This document shows, one piece after another, positions 40,788-49,625 of a stretch of DNA of 64,000 bases. The notes below the pieces were generated by a model that was not told the origin of the DNA, did no database searches, and saw nothing but the letters and a program-made list of their open reading frames with translations. A program made the translations under genes and the position numbers. The stretch comes from an uncultured Gemmatimonadales bacterium (lineage in GTDB: Bacteria; Gemmatimonadota; Gemmatimonadetes; Gemmatimonadales; GWC2-71-9): positions 2,560,001 to 2,624,000 of the forward strand of contig CAWHFW010000005.1 in NCBI GenBank assembly GCA_963828735.1, written 5' to 3'. Every line of letters starts with the position of its first letter. Position 1 is the stretch's first letter.

Positions 40788-40812
40788 CAAAAAATGTTGT
40801 CGGTGCCAGGTT
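40784..40812 (+). promoter_or_regulatory. Promoter with overlapping inverted repeat, likely autoregulatory operator
   Basis: TTGACA-17 nt-CAGGTT, 6 nt before ATG 40819; IR GACAA-N6-TTGTC (40786-40801). Confidence 0.6.
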
Positions 40813-40818
40813 CGTTCC

Positions 40819-41430
40819 ATGGTACCGACGCCCGCACTCGAAGTCGTCCGGCATCCCGATGCCGCGGCCGCCCTCCTGGACCCGGTCCGGCAGCGGCTCC
40901 TGACCGAGCTCGCCGAGCCAGACTCGGCCAGCGGGCTCGCGCGTCGGCTCCGACTCCCCCGCCAGCGCATCAACTACCATCTCCGCACGCTCGAAACCGC
41001 CGGTCTCGTCGAGCTGGTCGAGGAGCGGCGCAAAGGCAACTGCATCGAGCGCGTGGTTCGGGCCAAGGCGCGCGCGTTCGTGATCAGCCCCGAGGCGCTC
41101 GGGCCGCTTGGCCTCACCGCCGAAACCGTGCGCGATCGATTTAGCGCGGCCTACCTCGTGGCCGCGGCGGGGCGCGCCATCCGCGACGTCGGCGCCCTCG
41201 AGGCGCGGGCCCGCAAGGAGAAGAAGCGGCTCACGACCCTCACGCTCGAAGCCGACGTGCGCTTTCGCGACGCCGAGTCCCGCGCCGCGTTCGCCGAGGA
41301 GCTGGCTGACGCGGTGGCCCGGCTCGCGGCCAAGTACCACGACGAGCGAGCGGTGGGCGGCCGCCGGTTCAGGCTGCTCGCCGCGGTGCATCCGGTCGCG
41401 GCCCCCGACGCGCCGGCCTCCACGGATTGA
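40819..41430 (+). CDS. ArsR-like winged-HTH transcriptional regulator
   Basis: LLDPVRQRLLTELAEPDSASGLARRLRLPRQRINYHLRTLETAGLVELVEERRKG. Confidence 0.88.
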   Translation: MVPTPALEVVRHPDAAAALLDPVRQRLLTELAEPDSASGLARRLRLPRQRINYHLRTLETAGLVELVEERRKGNCIERVVRAKARAFVISPEALGPLGLTAETVRDRFSAAYLVAAAGRAIRDVGALEARARKEKKRLTTLTLEADVRFRDAESRAAFAEELADAVARLAAKYHDERAVGGRRFRLLAAVHPVAAPDAPASTD

Positions 41431-41512
41431 TCCGGCTGAGCGGCGCGCAGCCGGCGGCGCCAGCCCGTGCCGACTCCCGGCCACGGTGACTTGTGAGGAA
41501 GGAGAAACAACC

Positions 41513-42364
41513 ATGGACAAGACGATCATGCCTGCCCCGCCGCGCGCGTTCGAGATGGCGCTCGACATTGCCGCCTCGCCCGACGACGTCTGGCGCGCGC
41601 TCACCGACCCCAAGGAGCTCGTCCGCTGGTTCCCCGTGGACGCGCGGGTCACACCTGGACCGGGCGGATCCATGGTCTGGTCGTGGGGAGAGAGTTGGGA
41701 TTGGGAATCGAGAATCGCCGCGTGGGAGCCCGGGCGGCTCCTCCGGCTCGTTCAGGAGGACGCGCGGCCGTACGATGCGCAGGGCCGGCCGTTGGAGCCG
41801 GGCCAGGCGGAGCCCGTCCGGGTCGCGATGGAGTTCACGCTGGAGACGCGCCAGGGCAAGACTCGCCTCAGACTGGTGCATTCGGGCTTCGGACGCGGCG
41901 CGGCGTGGGATGACGAGCTCGAGGGCATCACCGAGGGCTGGCAGGCGGAGCTCGCCAGCCTGCGTCACTATCTCGAGCGGCACCACGGGCGGGACCGGGT
42001 GTTCGAGCTGACCTCGCTCTCGACGTTGCTGTCCCGCGAGGAGGCGTGGACCAGGCTCGTCGGACCGGGCGGCTTTCGCTTCACGCCGGCCGATCCGGAG
42101 ACGGGGCAGGGCTACGAGGTCATGGTCCCGGGCGGCGAACGCCTGAGCGGCACGGTGGCGCTACACCTTCCCAGGCAAACCCTCGCGGGCACGGTACGGG
42201 AGCTCGGCGACGGCTGGTTCAGGATCCTTACCTGGTCTGTGCCGGGCGGCGGGACCGGCGTGTGGGCGGGCTTCGCCACGTACGAGGGGGATCCGACTCG
42301 AGTGCGGAACCTGAAGGCGAGGGCAGAGGAGGCGATCAAGAAGCTGTTCAGCGCGACGCGCTAA
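41513..42364 (+). CDS. SRPBCC/AHA1-like domain protein
   Basis: IAASPDDVWRALTDPKELVRWF..TRLRLVHSGF..GW..LRHYLE; AAGGAG RBS. Confidence 0.88.
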   Translation: MDKTIMPAPPRAFEMALDIAASPDDVWRALTDPKELVRWFPVDARVTPGPGGSMVWSWGESWDWESRIAAWEPGRLLRLVQEDARPYDAQGRPLEPGQAEPVRVAMEFTLETRQGKTRLRLVHSGFGRGAAWDDELEGITEGWQAELASLRHYLERHHGRDRVFELTSLSTLLSREEAWTRLVGPGGFRFTPADPETGQGYEVMVPGGERLSGTVALHLPRQTLAGTVRELGDGWFRILTWSVPGGGTGVWAGFATYEGDPTRVRNLKARAEEAIKKLFSATR

Positions 42365-42771
42365 TCACCTGCTGCGCCACGTTGGCGTGAGCGGGATTCG
42401 TCGCGGTCCGAGATCAGGGCCTCCGCAACCATCTCCAGGAGCTGCAGCCTGAGGAAGGGCTTGGGCAGGAATCGGACCGACGACAGGTCGGGTGCCTCCT
42501 GCACGGCGTCCAGTACCTTGCTCGAATCGCCCGACATCACGATGAGCGGAAGGCGCGGGGACTCGGCGCGCAGATGGACGACGATGGTCAGCCCGTCCAT
42601 GTCGGCCATCCGCATGTCCGTGATCACCAGGTCCGCCCCTCGTTCCTGCCAGAGCTGGAGCCCGCGCGCGCCGCTCTCGGCGGTAAGGCAATCGTAGCCT
42701 GCCGCCATGAGAATTCGCTTGGTGACGTCCCGGATGGCCTGGTCGTCTTCGATGATCAGAATACGGTGCAC
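42361..42771 (-). CDS. Single-domain response regulator (CheY-like)
   Basis: ILIIEDD, DLVITDMRM, VMSG, LPKPF. Confidence 0.9.
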   Translation of the reverse strand: MHRILIIEDDQAIRDVTKRILMAAGYDCLTAESGARGLQLWQERGADLVITDMRMADMDGLTIVVHLRAESPRLPLIVMSGDSSKVLDAVQEAPDLSSVRFLPKPFLRLQLLEMVAEALISDRDESRSRQRGAAGD

Positions 42772-42840
42772 CCTATGAAGGTCGCGCGGGGCGGGCTGGC
42801 GCGGAAGCCCCCGCCTCCCTGAGGGCGGCCCCGCCTCGGC

Positions 42841-43143
42841 TCAGCGGCCCTCGTTCTCGAGGCCGAGCCGATGCTCGCGCGCCTCGGTAGCTTCGCCTTC
42901 GGCCGACTCGGCGGCAGGATGCGCCGCCGCCCTGCCGCGTCCGCGTATTCCTGCCGCCAGCATGAGGAGTCCGAACACCAGCATCACGAGTCCCCACCAC
43001 AAATCGATGTTGACTCCGAGCGAGGGGGCGTAGTGCTCCGCCTGCTCCGCGGTGGCCAGGCCGTAGCCGCCGAGGACCAGCCCGAGGACCGTGAACAGCC
43101 CTCCGATCGGCAGCCGGATGTCCAAGGTGCCGGCCGAGCTCAT
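42841..43143 (-). CDS. Small two-TM protein next to the SSS symporter
   Basis: LDIRLPIGGLFTVLG..SLGVNIDLWWGLVMLVFG. Confidence 0.75.
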   Translation of the reverse strand: MSSAGTLDIRLPIGGLFTVLGLVLGGYGLATAEQAEHYAPSLGVNIDLWWGLVMLVFGLLMLAAGIRGRGRAAAHPAAESAEGEATEAREHRLGLENEGR

Positions 43144-43153
43144 GGACGCCCCC

Positions 43154-44929
43154 TCAGTAGAAGATCAAGTTGAGCATGACCGTCAGCACCAGGACGGTCA
43201 CCGCCAGCACCCAGGGACGCGCGAGCACCGGCAGCTGACGGTCGCTTGGCCTGGGCGTGAGTGAGTACACGAGCCCCCGGAGCTCGTCGGCCGGCCGCGG
43301 GCGCGTGGCCAGGCTCACCACGATGGTGACCAGGAAGCAGGTGACCCACGCGACGATTGCCGTCCAGAAGGTCTGCGCCAGCTCGCTCGGGAACGTGTGG
43401 ACCAGGCCGAGATAGCCGCCCTTCACGCCGGGCGCCGTGCCAACCGGCAGAGTGAGGCCGTGGTGCACCGCGGCCGCCAGCGTCCCGGCGAGGAGGCCCA
43501 CGAAGGCTCCGTGCCCGGTCGTGCGCCGCCAGAACATGCCGAGGGCGAAGGTCGCGAAGAGCGGCGCGTTGACGAACGCGAAGACGAGCTGCAGCAGGTC
43601 CATGATGTTGTTGAATGCGCCGGCGACGTAGGCCGCGGCCACCGCCAGCGCGATCCCCGCGACCGTCGCCACCCGGCCCATCCACAGGTAGTGGGCGTCG
43701 GACGCCCCCCGACGGATGTGACTCTGGTAGATGTCGTAGGTCCAGACCGTGTTGAACGCCGTCACGTTGCCGGCCATCCCCGACATGAACGAGGCCATGA
43801 GCGCCGTGAGGCCGAGACCGAGCATGCCGGCGGGGAACAGGTGTACGAGCATCATCGGGGTGGCCAGATCATAGTCGAGCAACACCCTGCCCGAGCTGTC
43901 CAGCAGGGGCGCCCCATCCGCGGCGAGCTTGGCGGGCACGAGCCCCTGGCCCGCAACGGCGGCGTCATGCCCGGCGCCCAGCACCATCGCGATCATTCCC
44001 GGCAGAATCACGAGGAACGGGAACAGCATCTTCGGCACGGCGGCGATGAGCGGGGTTCGGCGCGCGGCGGTCATCGAGTCGGCGGCCATGGCGCGCTGGA
44101 CCACGAGAAAGTCGGTGCACCAGTAGCCGAACGAGAGCACAAAGCCGAGTCCCATCACGAGTCCGAACCATTCGACGCCGATCGGATTGCGGGTCGCGTC
44201 GCCGAGGGTGGACCAGGTGTGGGTGTAGGCGCCGGCGGGGAGGCCTCGCGCGGTCGCGACCTCAGCGAGACGGTTCGCGAGGCCATCCCATCCGCCGATC
44301 GCGTAAAGGCCGAGGGCGACGAGCGGGATGAAGCCGAAGACGATCAGGAAGAACTGGAGGACCTCGTTGTAGATGGCGCTGGTCAGCCCGCCGAGGAGGA
44401 TGTAGACGAGCACGATGATCGCGGCGACGATCACGCTGGCGTCGAAGCTCCAGCCCAGCAGCAGATTGAGGAGCTTGCCCATGGCGTACATCGAAACGCC
44501 GGAGGAGAACACGGTCATCACCGCGAAGGAGACGGCATTCAACGTTCGGGTCTTCTCGTCGAACCGGAGCCGCAGGTATTCGGGCACCGAGCGGGCCCGC
44601 GAGCCGTAGTAGAACGGCATCATGAACAACCCGACGAAGACCATCGCGGGAATCGCCCCCACCCAGTAGAAGTGGCTCGTGGCGATCCCGTACTTGGCGC
44701 CGGACGCGCCCATCCCGATGACCTCCTGCGCGCCGAGGTTGGCGGAGATGAACGCCAGGCCGGTGATCCACGGCGGCAGCGAGCGACCGGACAGGAAGAA
44801 ATCCGTGCTCGTCCGTGTCAATCGCCGAAGGCCCCAGCCGACGCCCAGTACGGCGATAAAGTAGACCGCCATCACGAGGTAGTCGATCGGCGACAGATGG
44901 GCGACGGGGGCGGGGGCCATGACGTTCAC
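43154..44929 (-). CDS. Sodium:solute symporter (SSS) family sugar transporter
   Basis: DFFLSGRSLP, SANLGAQE, SVPEYLRLRF, YWCTDFLVVQRAMAA; many TM segments. Confidence 0.93.
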   Translation of the reverse strand: MNVMAPAPVAHLSPIDYLVMAVYFIAVLGVGWGLRRLTRTSTDFFLSGRSLPPWITGLAFISANLGAQEVIGMGASGAKYGIATSHFYWVGAIPAMVFVGLFMMPFYYGSRARSVPEYLRLRFDEKTRTLNAVSFAVMTVFSSGVSMYAMGKLLNLLLGWSFDASVIVAAIIVLVYILLGGLTSAIYNEVLQFFLIVFGFIPLVALGLYAIGGWDGLANRLAEVATARGLPAGAYTHTWSTLGDATRNPIGVEWFGLVMGLGFVLSFGYWCTDFLVVQRAMAADSMTAARRTPLIAAVPKMLFPFLVILPGMIAMVLGAGHDAAVAGQGLVPAKLAADGAPLLDSSGRVLLDYDLATPMMLVHLFPAGMLGLGLTALMASFMSGMAGNVTAFNTVWTYDIYQSHIRRGASDAHYLWMGRVATVAGIALAVAAAYVAGAFNNIMDLLQLVFAFVNAPLFATFALGMFWRRTTGHGAFVGLLAGTLAAAVHHGLTLPVGTAPGVKGGYLGLVHTFPSELAQTFWTAIVAWVTCFLVTIVVSLATRPRPADELRGLVYSLTPRPSDRQLPVLARPWVLAVTVLVLTVMLNLIFY

Positions 44930-47433
44930 CGGTGAGGGATCCCGGACAACAGGTACTGCACGGCGAGATCGGTGCTGCTCCAGAGCTGCACGTCGGAGCT
45001 GGTGCCGTAGCGGGTGGGCCGCAGGCGCCCGCCCTCGATACGGTAGCTCCAGAGCTCGCTATGCTCCAGTCCTGAGGCGCGCACCGCGTCGAGGGTGGCC
45101 TGCAAGGCGGCCGAGGCGCGCCGCGCCTGCGGGTTGGCGGCCGCATCGGGGCCGGCCCCCGTCCGGAGGGACAGGCCGAGCAGCAGGAGGTTCACCTCGC
45201 GGCCCCACACGACCCGCGGCCCGTGGTACGCATCCTTCGCGAAGGTGTCCCACACCCGGCGCTCGGCGTACGCATCGTTCGCGACCAATGGTCCCAGACC
45301 CCCGACGAACAGGCCGAACGGGTAGGGCTCGAGGAACGCCTCGATGGCCTCGAGCTGCCCGGGCCTGCCGGACGTTGCGTCCAGGAAGAGCTCGGTGGCG
45401 GGGTCGGTGTTGACGACGGCGATCGGTGCGCCGGCGGAGTCCAGCGACAACGCGAGGAACGTGAGCGAATCGGGGAGGGAGTCCGGCGCCCCGGCGACCT
45501 GCCTCCAGTAGGCGCGTTCCGAGGCCGGGAGCCACGCCAGTTTGGCCGCGATCGCCCGCGCGATCCGTGCGGAGTCGAGCGTGACCACGAAGTGCCGGCG
45601 GGCTCCGTACCAGGTGCTGGCGGCGCGGCGCAGGGTGCTCGAATCGGCCAGGTAGGCGGCCATCGGCCCCGCGAGCGCGTCGGGCGCGAGCGAGTCGAGC
45701 ATCTCCCGTCCGATGCCGAGGCCGGGAAGGGCGGACAGGATGGCGTTCATCGCCTCGAGGGCGCGCGGCGCCCAGATCGCGTTGATGTCCATCGCGTAGC
45801 GCCCGTTGGCATAGCCGGCATCGCTGTCTCGCCAGCTGGAGGAGCGCCAGTGGGTGGAATCGCGCTTGACGAAGCTGATGAGGTTCGCCGGCCTCGGGTC
45901 ACTCACGTACGGCTGGGTCTCCGCCGCCACGAGGGCCAGCTCCCGGAGCATCAGCGTGAGCCGCGGCGGAGCGCCCCTTTCGCGCTCGAGCAGGAACGAC
46001 CGCTTCCGGTCCCGCGTGACGGCCGTATCGGCGAGGTAGCGCGCCTCGAGAATGGGGAGCTGGAGCTCGTCGTCCAGCATGTGATAGTTCTCGCGGGTGC
46101 GGCGGAGCTCGGCCAGGATGGCATCCGCGCGGTCGAGCGCACATTGCGACACCGCGCTCCACGTGGGCGTCGGCGGGCCCGCGGCGGGAACGGCGGTGTC
46201 TCGAGTGGACATCGGAAACGTCAGGTCCCCGATGTTGGGAGCGGTGTCGCACACGGCCAGGGCCGCGCTGTCCGCTCGGCCCGTGCCGGGTCGTCCGGTC
46301 GCCTGGAAGTAGGCCGACATCGCCGCATTGTACCGGGCGGCGTTCTCGCGGATGGCCTGCCCGCCGAGCGCCTCCTCGTGGCTCACATCGCCTCGCGGCG
46401 AGAGCTTCCGCAGGACGCTGGCGATGACGTGCTCGGACATCGCCGGCCGCCAGATCGGCCGCATCATGAGGGCCGCCATCATCATGTCCCGCCCGAAGTA
46501 GGTCGCGAAGTTCGGCAAGCCGGCCATCAGCTTCTGCTCCGAGCTCAAGAGCTCGACGCTCCGCACCTCCCGCTCCAGCCGGCGAGCCGCCGCCGAGGTC
46601 GAGTCGCGGCTCCGCTCGCCGCCGACGAAATCGAGGAACTCCCGATTGAAGATCGAATCGCGCGCGATCGGCGTGAGCGACCCCGCGTCGCTGGCGATGC
46701 GGATCGTGAGCACGACTGGCCGCTGCGACCGGGAGTGGACGGACACGGTGCGGCCGGCTCGCCGCATGCTGGCCGCGGCCGGATCGACCCCGAGGTCCAG
46801 GACGAGGCGGCTCCTCCCGTCGAGGGAGGGGCGCTCGACGCGCATGCCGCAGCTCGCTGCCGAGCAGGCCCCGGTGACCGTGGGGAGGAGACGCGAGCGA
46901 AGCGCCCCGACGCTGTCCGCGTGGAGGAGCTCCAGCTGCCGCGACCGCTCGGGCCCGCCGAGTCGGGCGACGTTGGCCACCAGCAGCGACTCCTCCGCCA
47001 CGTGGAACGCGGGCGCGTCGTACGGCCGGAGGTGCCGCTTGTCGTACTGAAAGTCGCGCTCGACTCGCATCGTCCCGAGGAGGAACCATCCGAGGGTCAC
47101 GCTCGAGGTGCCGGTCGCGAGCCGGTACTCGAGCGTCCGCATCCCGCCGGAGTCTCCCGTTACCGCGCTGTCGCCCTGCCACGCCAGCCGAACCGGTCGT
47201 CCGGCGGCATCACGGACGGTGAAGCCGAGACTCTCGTCGTCGGCATCGGCCCAGAGGTTGACCACACGTCCCCCGCGCGGCTCGAGATAGACCTGCACGG
47301 TGTTGCCTTTCGAGTCGCGGTAGAAGCGCGTGCGGTATCCCTGATAGGCGGCGGTGTCGTCCACGCCGGCCTCGGGGAAGGCCAGGACGGGCGCCTGGGA
47401 CGTCTGCAGGAGCAGGAGGGCGAGCGCGATCAC
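44926..47433 (-). CDS. Exported hypothetical protein, probable (alpha/alpha)6 glycoside hydrolase
   Basis: GTG 47433 overlaps the upstream stop; signal MIALALLLLQ; AGLPNFATYFGRD, SWRDS, SELWS and VQLWS resemble GDE_C/six-hairpin glycosidases. Confidence 0.6.
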   Translation of the reverse strand: MIALALLLLQTSQAPVLAFPEAGVDDTAAYQGYRTRFYRDSKGNTVQVYLEPRGGRVVNLWADADDESLGFTVRDAAGRPVRLAWQGDSAVTGDSGGMRTLEYRLATGTSSVTLGWFLLGTMRVERDFQYDKRHLRPYDAPAFHVAEESLLVANVARLGGPERSRQLELLHADSVGALRSRLLPTVTGACSAASCGMRVERPSLDGRSRLVLDLGVDPAAASMRRAGRTVSVHSRSQRPVVLTIRIASDAGSLTPIARDSIFNREFLDFVGGERSRDSTSAAARRLEREVRSVELLSSEQKLMAGLPNFATYFGRDMMMAALMMRPIWRPAMSEHVIASVLRKLSPRGDVSHEEALGGQAIRENAARYNAAMSAYFQATGRPGTGRADSAALAVCDTAPNIGDLTFPMSTRDTAVPAAGPPTPTWSAVSQCALDRADAILAELRRTRENYHMLDDELQLPILEARYLADTAVTRDRKRSFLLERERGAPPRLTLMLRELALVAAETQPYVSDPRPANLISFVKRDSTHWRSSSWRDSDAGYANGRYAMDINAIWAPRALEAMNAILSALPGLGIGREMLDSLAPDALAGPMAAYLADSSTLRRAASTWYGARRHFVVTLDSARIARAIAAKLAWLPASERAYWRQVAGAPDSLPDSLTFLALSLDSAGAPIAVVNTDPATELFLDATSGRPGQLEAIEAFLEPYPFGLFVGGLGPLVANDAYAERRVWDTFAKDAYHGPRVVWGREVNLLLLGLSLRTGAGPDAAANPQARRASAALQATLDAVRASGLEHSELWSYRIEGGRLRPTRYGTSSDVQLWSSTDLAVQYLLSGIPHR

Positions 47434-49625
47434 TGGGGAGCCGCGGCTTCGTGCGGCACGACGCGTCGGCCGGTGGAATCGACAATCACGTCGTATCGCT
47501 TGCCGCGGACGTGCACGTTTCTGAGGACGAGGCGGGTGATGCCCGAGGGCAGCATGGGCGGGAAGGCGGGCTCGAGGCCGCGGTCTCCCAGCCGGAGGCC
47601 GGTATAGCCGAAGATCACCTGCTGCAGGAATCCCCCGGCGCCGGTCAGGAAGCTCACCGCGTTGTTCGTGGGCGTTTCCGACGGCAGCAGGAACGGGCCC
47701 TTCAGGTGATTCCGATAGCTGTAGGGAAGGAGCGAGTCGACCAGGCGCCGATCGCCCAGCTCGGCGGCGCCCACGGACAGGAGCGTGATGCCCATCATGG
47801 CTCCCTGGGCCTCGTCCTCGAGCCGTGAGACGGCCTGATCGAGGTGGCTGCGCTTGGCCGCGTCGCTCATCGCGACCCCGAGGGGATAGGCAAGCAGCGG
47901 GGTGACCCAGCCCAGCGTACTGTCGGGCGCACCCTCGTAGGTGCGGAAGAATCCGCTCGCGGAGTCGATCGGCATGTGCAGCTTCGAGGCGACTTCGGCC
48001 CACCGCGGATCGGCCGCGACGCCGAGCCGGCGGGCGGCCGCGGTCGCGAACTCCAGGTTCCGCCGGGCGACGGCGTTGGTGTACGCGTCGTCGCTCACGC
48101 CGACGAGCCCCTCCGCCACCGAGACGACCTTGCGAATGTGGTAGCGGCCGCCGGCGGAGTCGTACGAGGCGCGGCTCACCCAGAAGTCCGCGGTTCCGCG
48201 GATGACGGGAAACCCTTCCCGGGCGAGCCACGCGGAGTCGCCTGTGGCGAGGTAATACTGCCACTGGGCGAGGGCCACGTCGCCGTTCACGTGGATCTCG
48301 GAGCTGGCGTTCTGCGCGGCGAAGTGCGGCGTCGTCTCGACGCCGCGCTCGTCGGCCTCCCACGGATACTGGGCGCCGCGGAAGCCGTTCGCCCGTGCGT
48401 TGGCCTCCGCGGCGGGCAGGGTACGGGCACGGAAGGCCACCATCGAATGCGCGACGTCCGGATGGGTGAGCACCAGGGCGGGAAACATCCAGGTGTCGGA
48501 ATCCCAGAACACGTGCCCATAGTAACCGCCGCTGGAGAGTCCCATCGGCGGAATGCCCATGGTCGTGCCCGAGTCGGCGCTGCAGAGAAGGTAGAAGAGC
48601 ATCGTGCGGGCGACCCGCTGGAGCTCTGGATTTCCATCCAGGACGACGTCGGTCTCCCAACGGCGCGCCCACGCGCCCGCGTTGGCGGTCGCCAGCGCGT
48701 CGTATCCTCGCGCCCGCGCCTCTTCCGCGCGGCGTGCGGCCACCGCCGCCGGGTTGCCGGTCTCCCCGGACGTGGCGAACCCGACGAGCTGCGTGAAGAC
48801 GTAGGGACGATCGGCCACCGCCTCGAAGGCCACCTCGGCCGACGCGCTATCTCCCGACGCGCGCACGTGCACCTTCGCCCCCGGCAGGTCTCGCGGCCAG
48901 GAGACCTCGGCGGCCTCGGCGAAGATGGATTTCCGTCCTTCGGGACTCGCGGCGAGCGTAAGGGAGGCGCCGTCGGTCCGTTGGCGCGCCTGTCGCGATC
49001 CGACCACCATGTGTCCGGGATACCACAGCTCTCTCGGACCCCAACCCGGCGCGGTGCGCGAGAGCGTGTCGAGCGGAAGCCGGGGTGGGGAAGGCCACCC
49101 CGCGAGCCCGAGGCGGAGCCGCACCCGTCCGGCCTGGTGGGGACGCACCTCGAGCCTCACCGCCGCGAGGCCCGGAGAGGCACGCGAGATGAACGTCTGG
49201 ACCAGGATCGATGTACGCCTCGATCCGTCCACCCACTCGTACGCGGTACGAGCGGTCGCGGTGCGCATGTCGATGGTCTGCCGGTAGCCCTGGACCGACG
49301 CCTGGTCCATCGAGTCGGGCCCGAGCCACCGCTCGCCGTCGTGCACGGCGATGGCGTTCCACGCCGGCGCCGCAGCGATCCGAGGCACGTCACGGGGCCC
49401 GTGCTCGTAGAGACCTGTCACGATGGATGTCGAGGCCCCGACGCCAAGCGCCGGGATGACCACCCCGATCCAGCCGTTGCCGATGAATGGGGAAGGCGCG
49501 CGCCGGGCGTCCTCCGTCGACAGGACGAAGGTCGAGTCCGCGGCCTGCGCCTGCAGGCGGCCGGCCAGGGCGAGCAGGATGCCCGCCCAGGCTGCCGCCG
49601 CGACCCGCTTAGGGAGTGCCGCCAA
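47430..49625 (-). CDS. Secreted GH65 glycoside hydrolase (trehalase/kojibiose-hydrolase-like)
   Basis: Signal peptide; IGNG, GLSSGGYYGHVFWDSDTW, GAQYPWE, EIHVNGD, DDAYTN, FLTGAGGFLQ. Confidence 0.88.
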   Translation of the reverse strand: MAALPKRVAAAAWAGILLALAGRLQAQAADSTFVLSTEDARRAPSPFIGNGWIGVVIPALGVGASTSIVTGLYEHGPRDVPRIAAAPAWNAIAVHDGERWLGPDSMDQASVQGYRQTIDMRTATARTAYEWVDGSRRTSILVQTFISRASPGLAAVRLEVRPHQAGRVRLRLGLAGWPSPPRLPLDTLSRTAPGWGPRELWYPGHMVVGSRQARQRTDGASLTLAASPEGRKSIFAEAAEVSWPRDLPGAKVHVRASGDSASAEVAFEAVADRPYVFTQLVGFATSGETGNPAAVAARRAEEARARGYDALATANAGAWARRWETDVVLDGNPELQRVARTMLFYLLCSADSGTTMGIPPMGLSSGGYYGHVFWDSDTWMFPALVLTHPDVAHSMVAFRARTLPAAEANARANGFRGAQYPWEADERGVETTPHFAAQNASSEIHVNGDVALAQWQYYLATGDSAWLAREGFPVIRGTADFWVSRASYDSAGGRYHIRKVVSVAEGLVGVSDDAYTNAVARRNLEFATAAARRLGVAADPRWAEVASKLHMPIDSASGFFRTYEGAPDSTLGWVTPLLAYPLGVAMSDAAKRSHLDQAVSRLEDEAQGAMMGITLLSVGAAELGDRRLVDSLLPYSYRNHLKGPFLLPSETPTNNAVSFLTGAGGFLQQVIFGYTGLRLGDRGLEPAFPPMLPSGITRLVLRNVHVRGKRYDVIVDSTGRRVVPHEAAAPQ

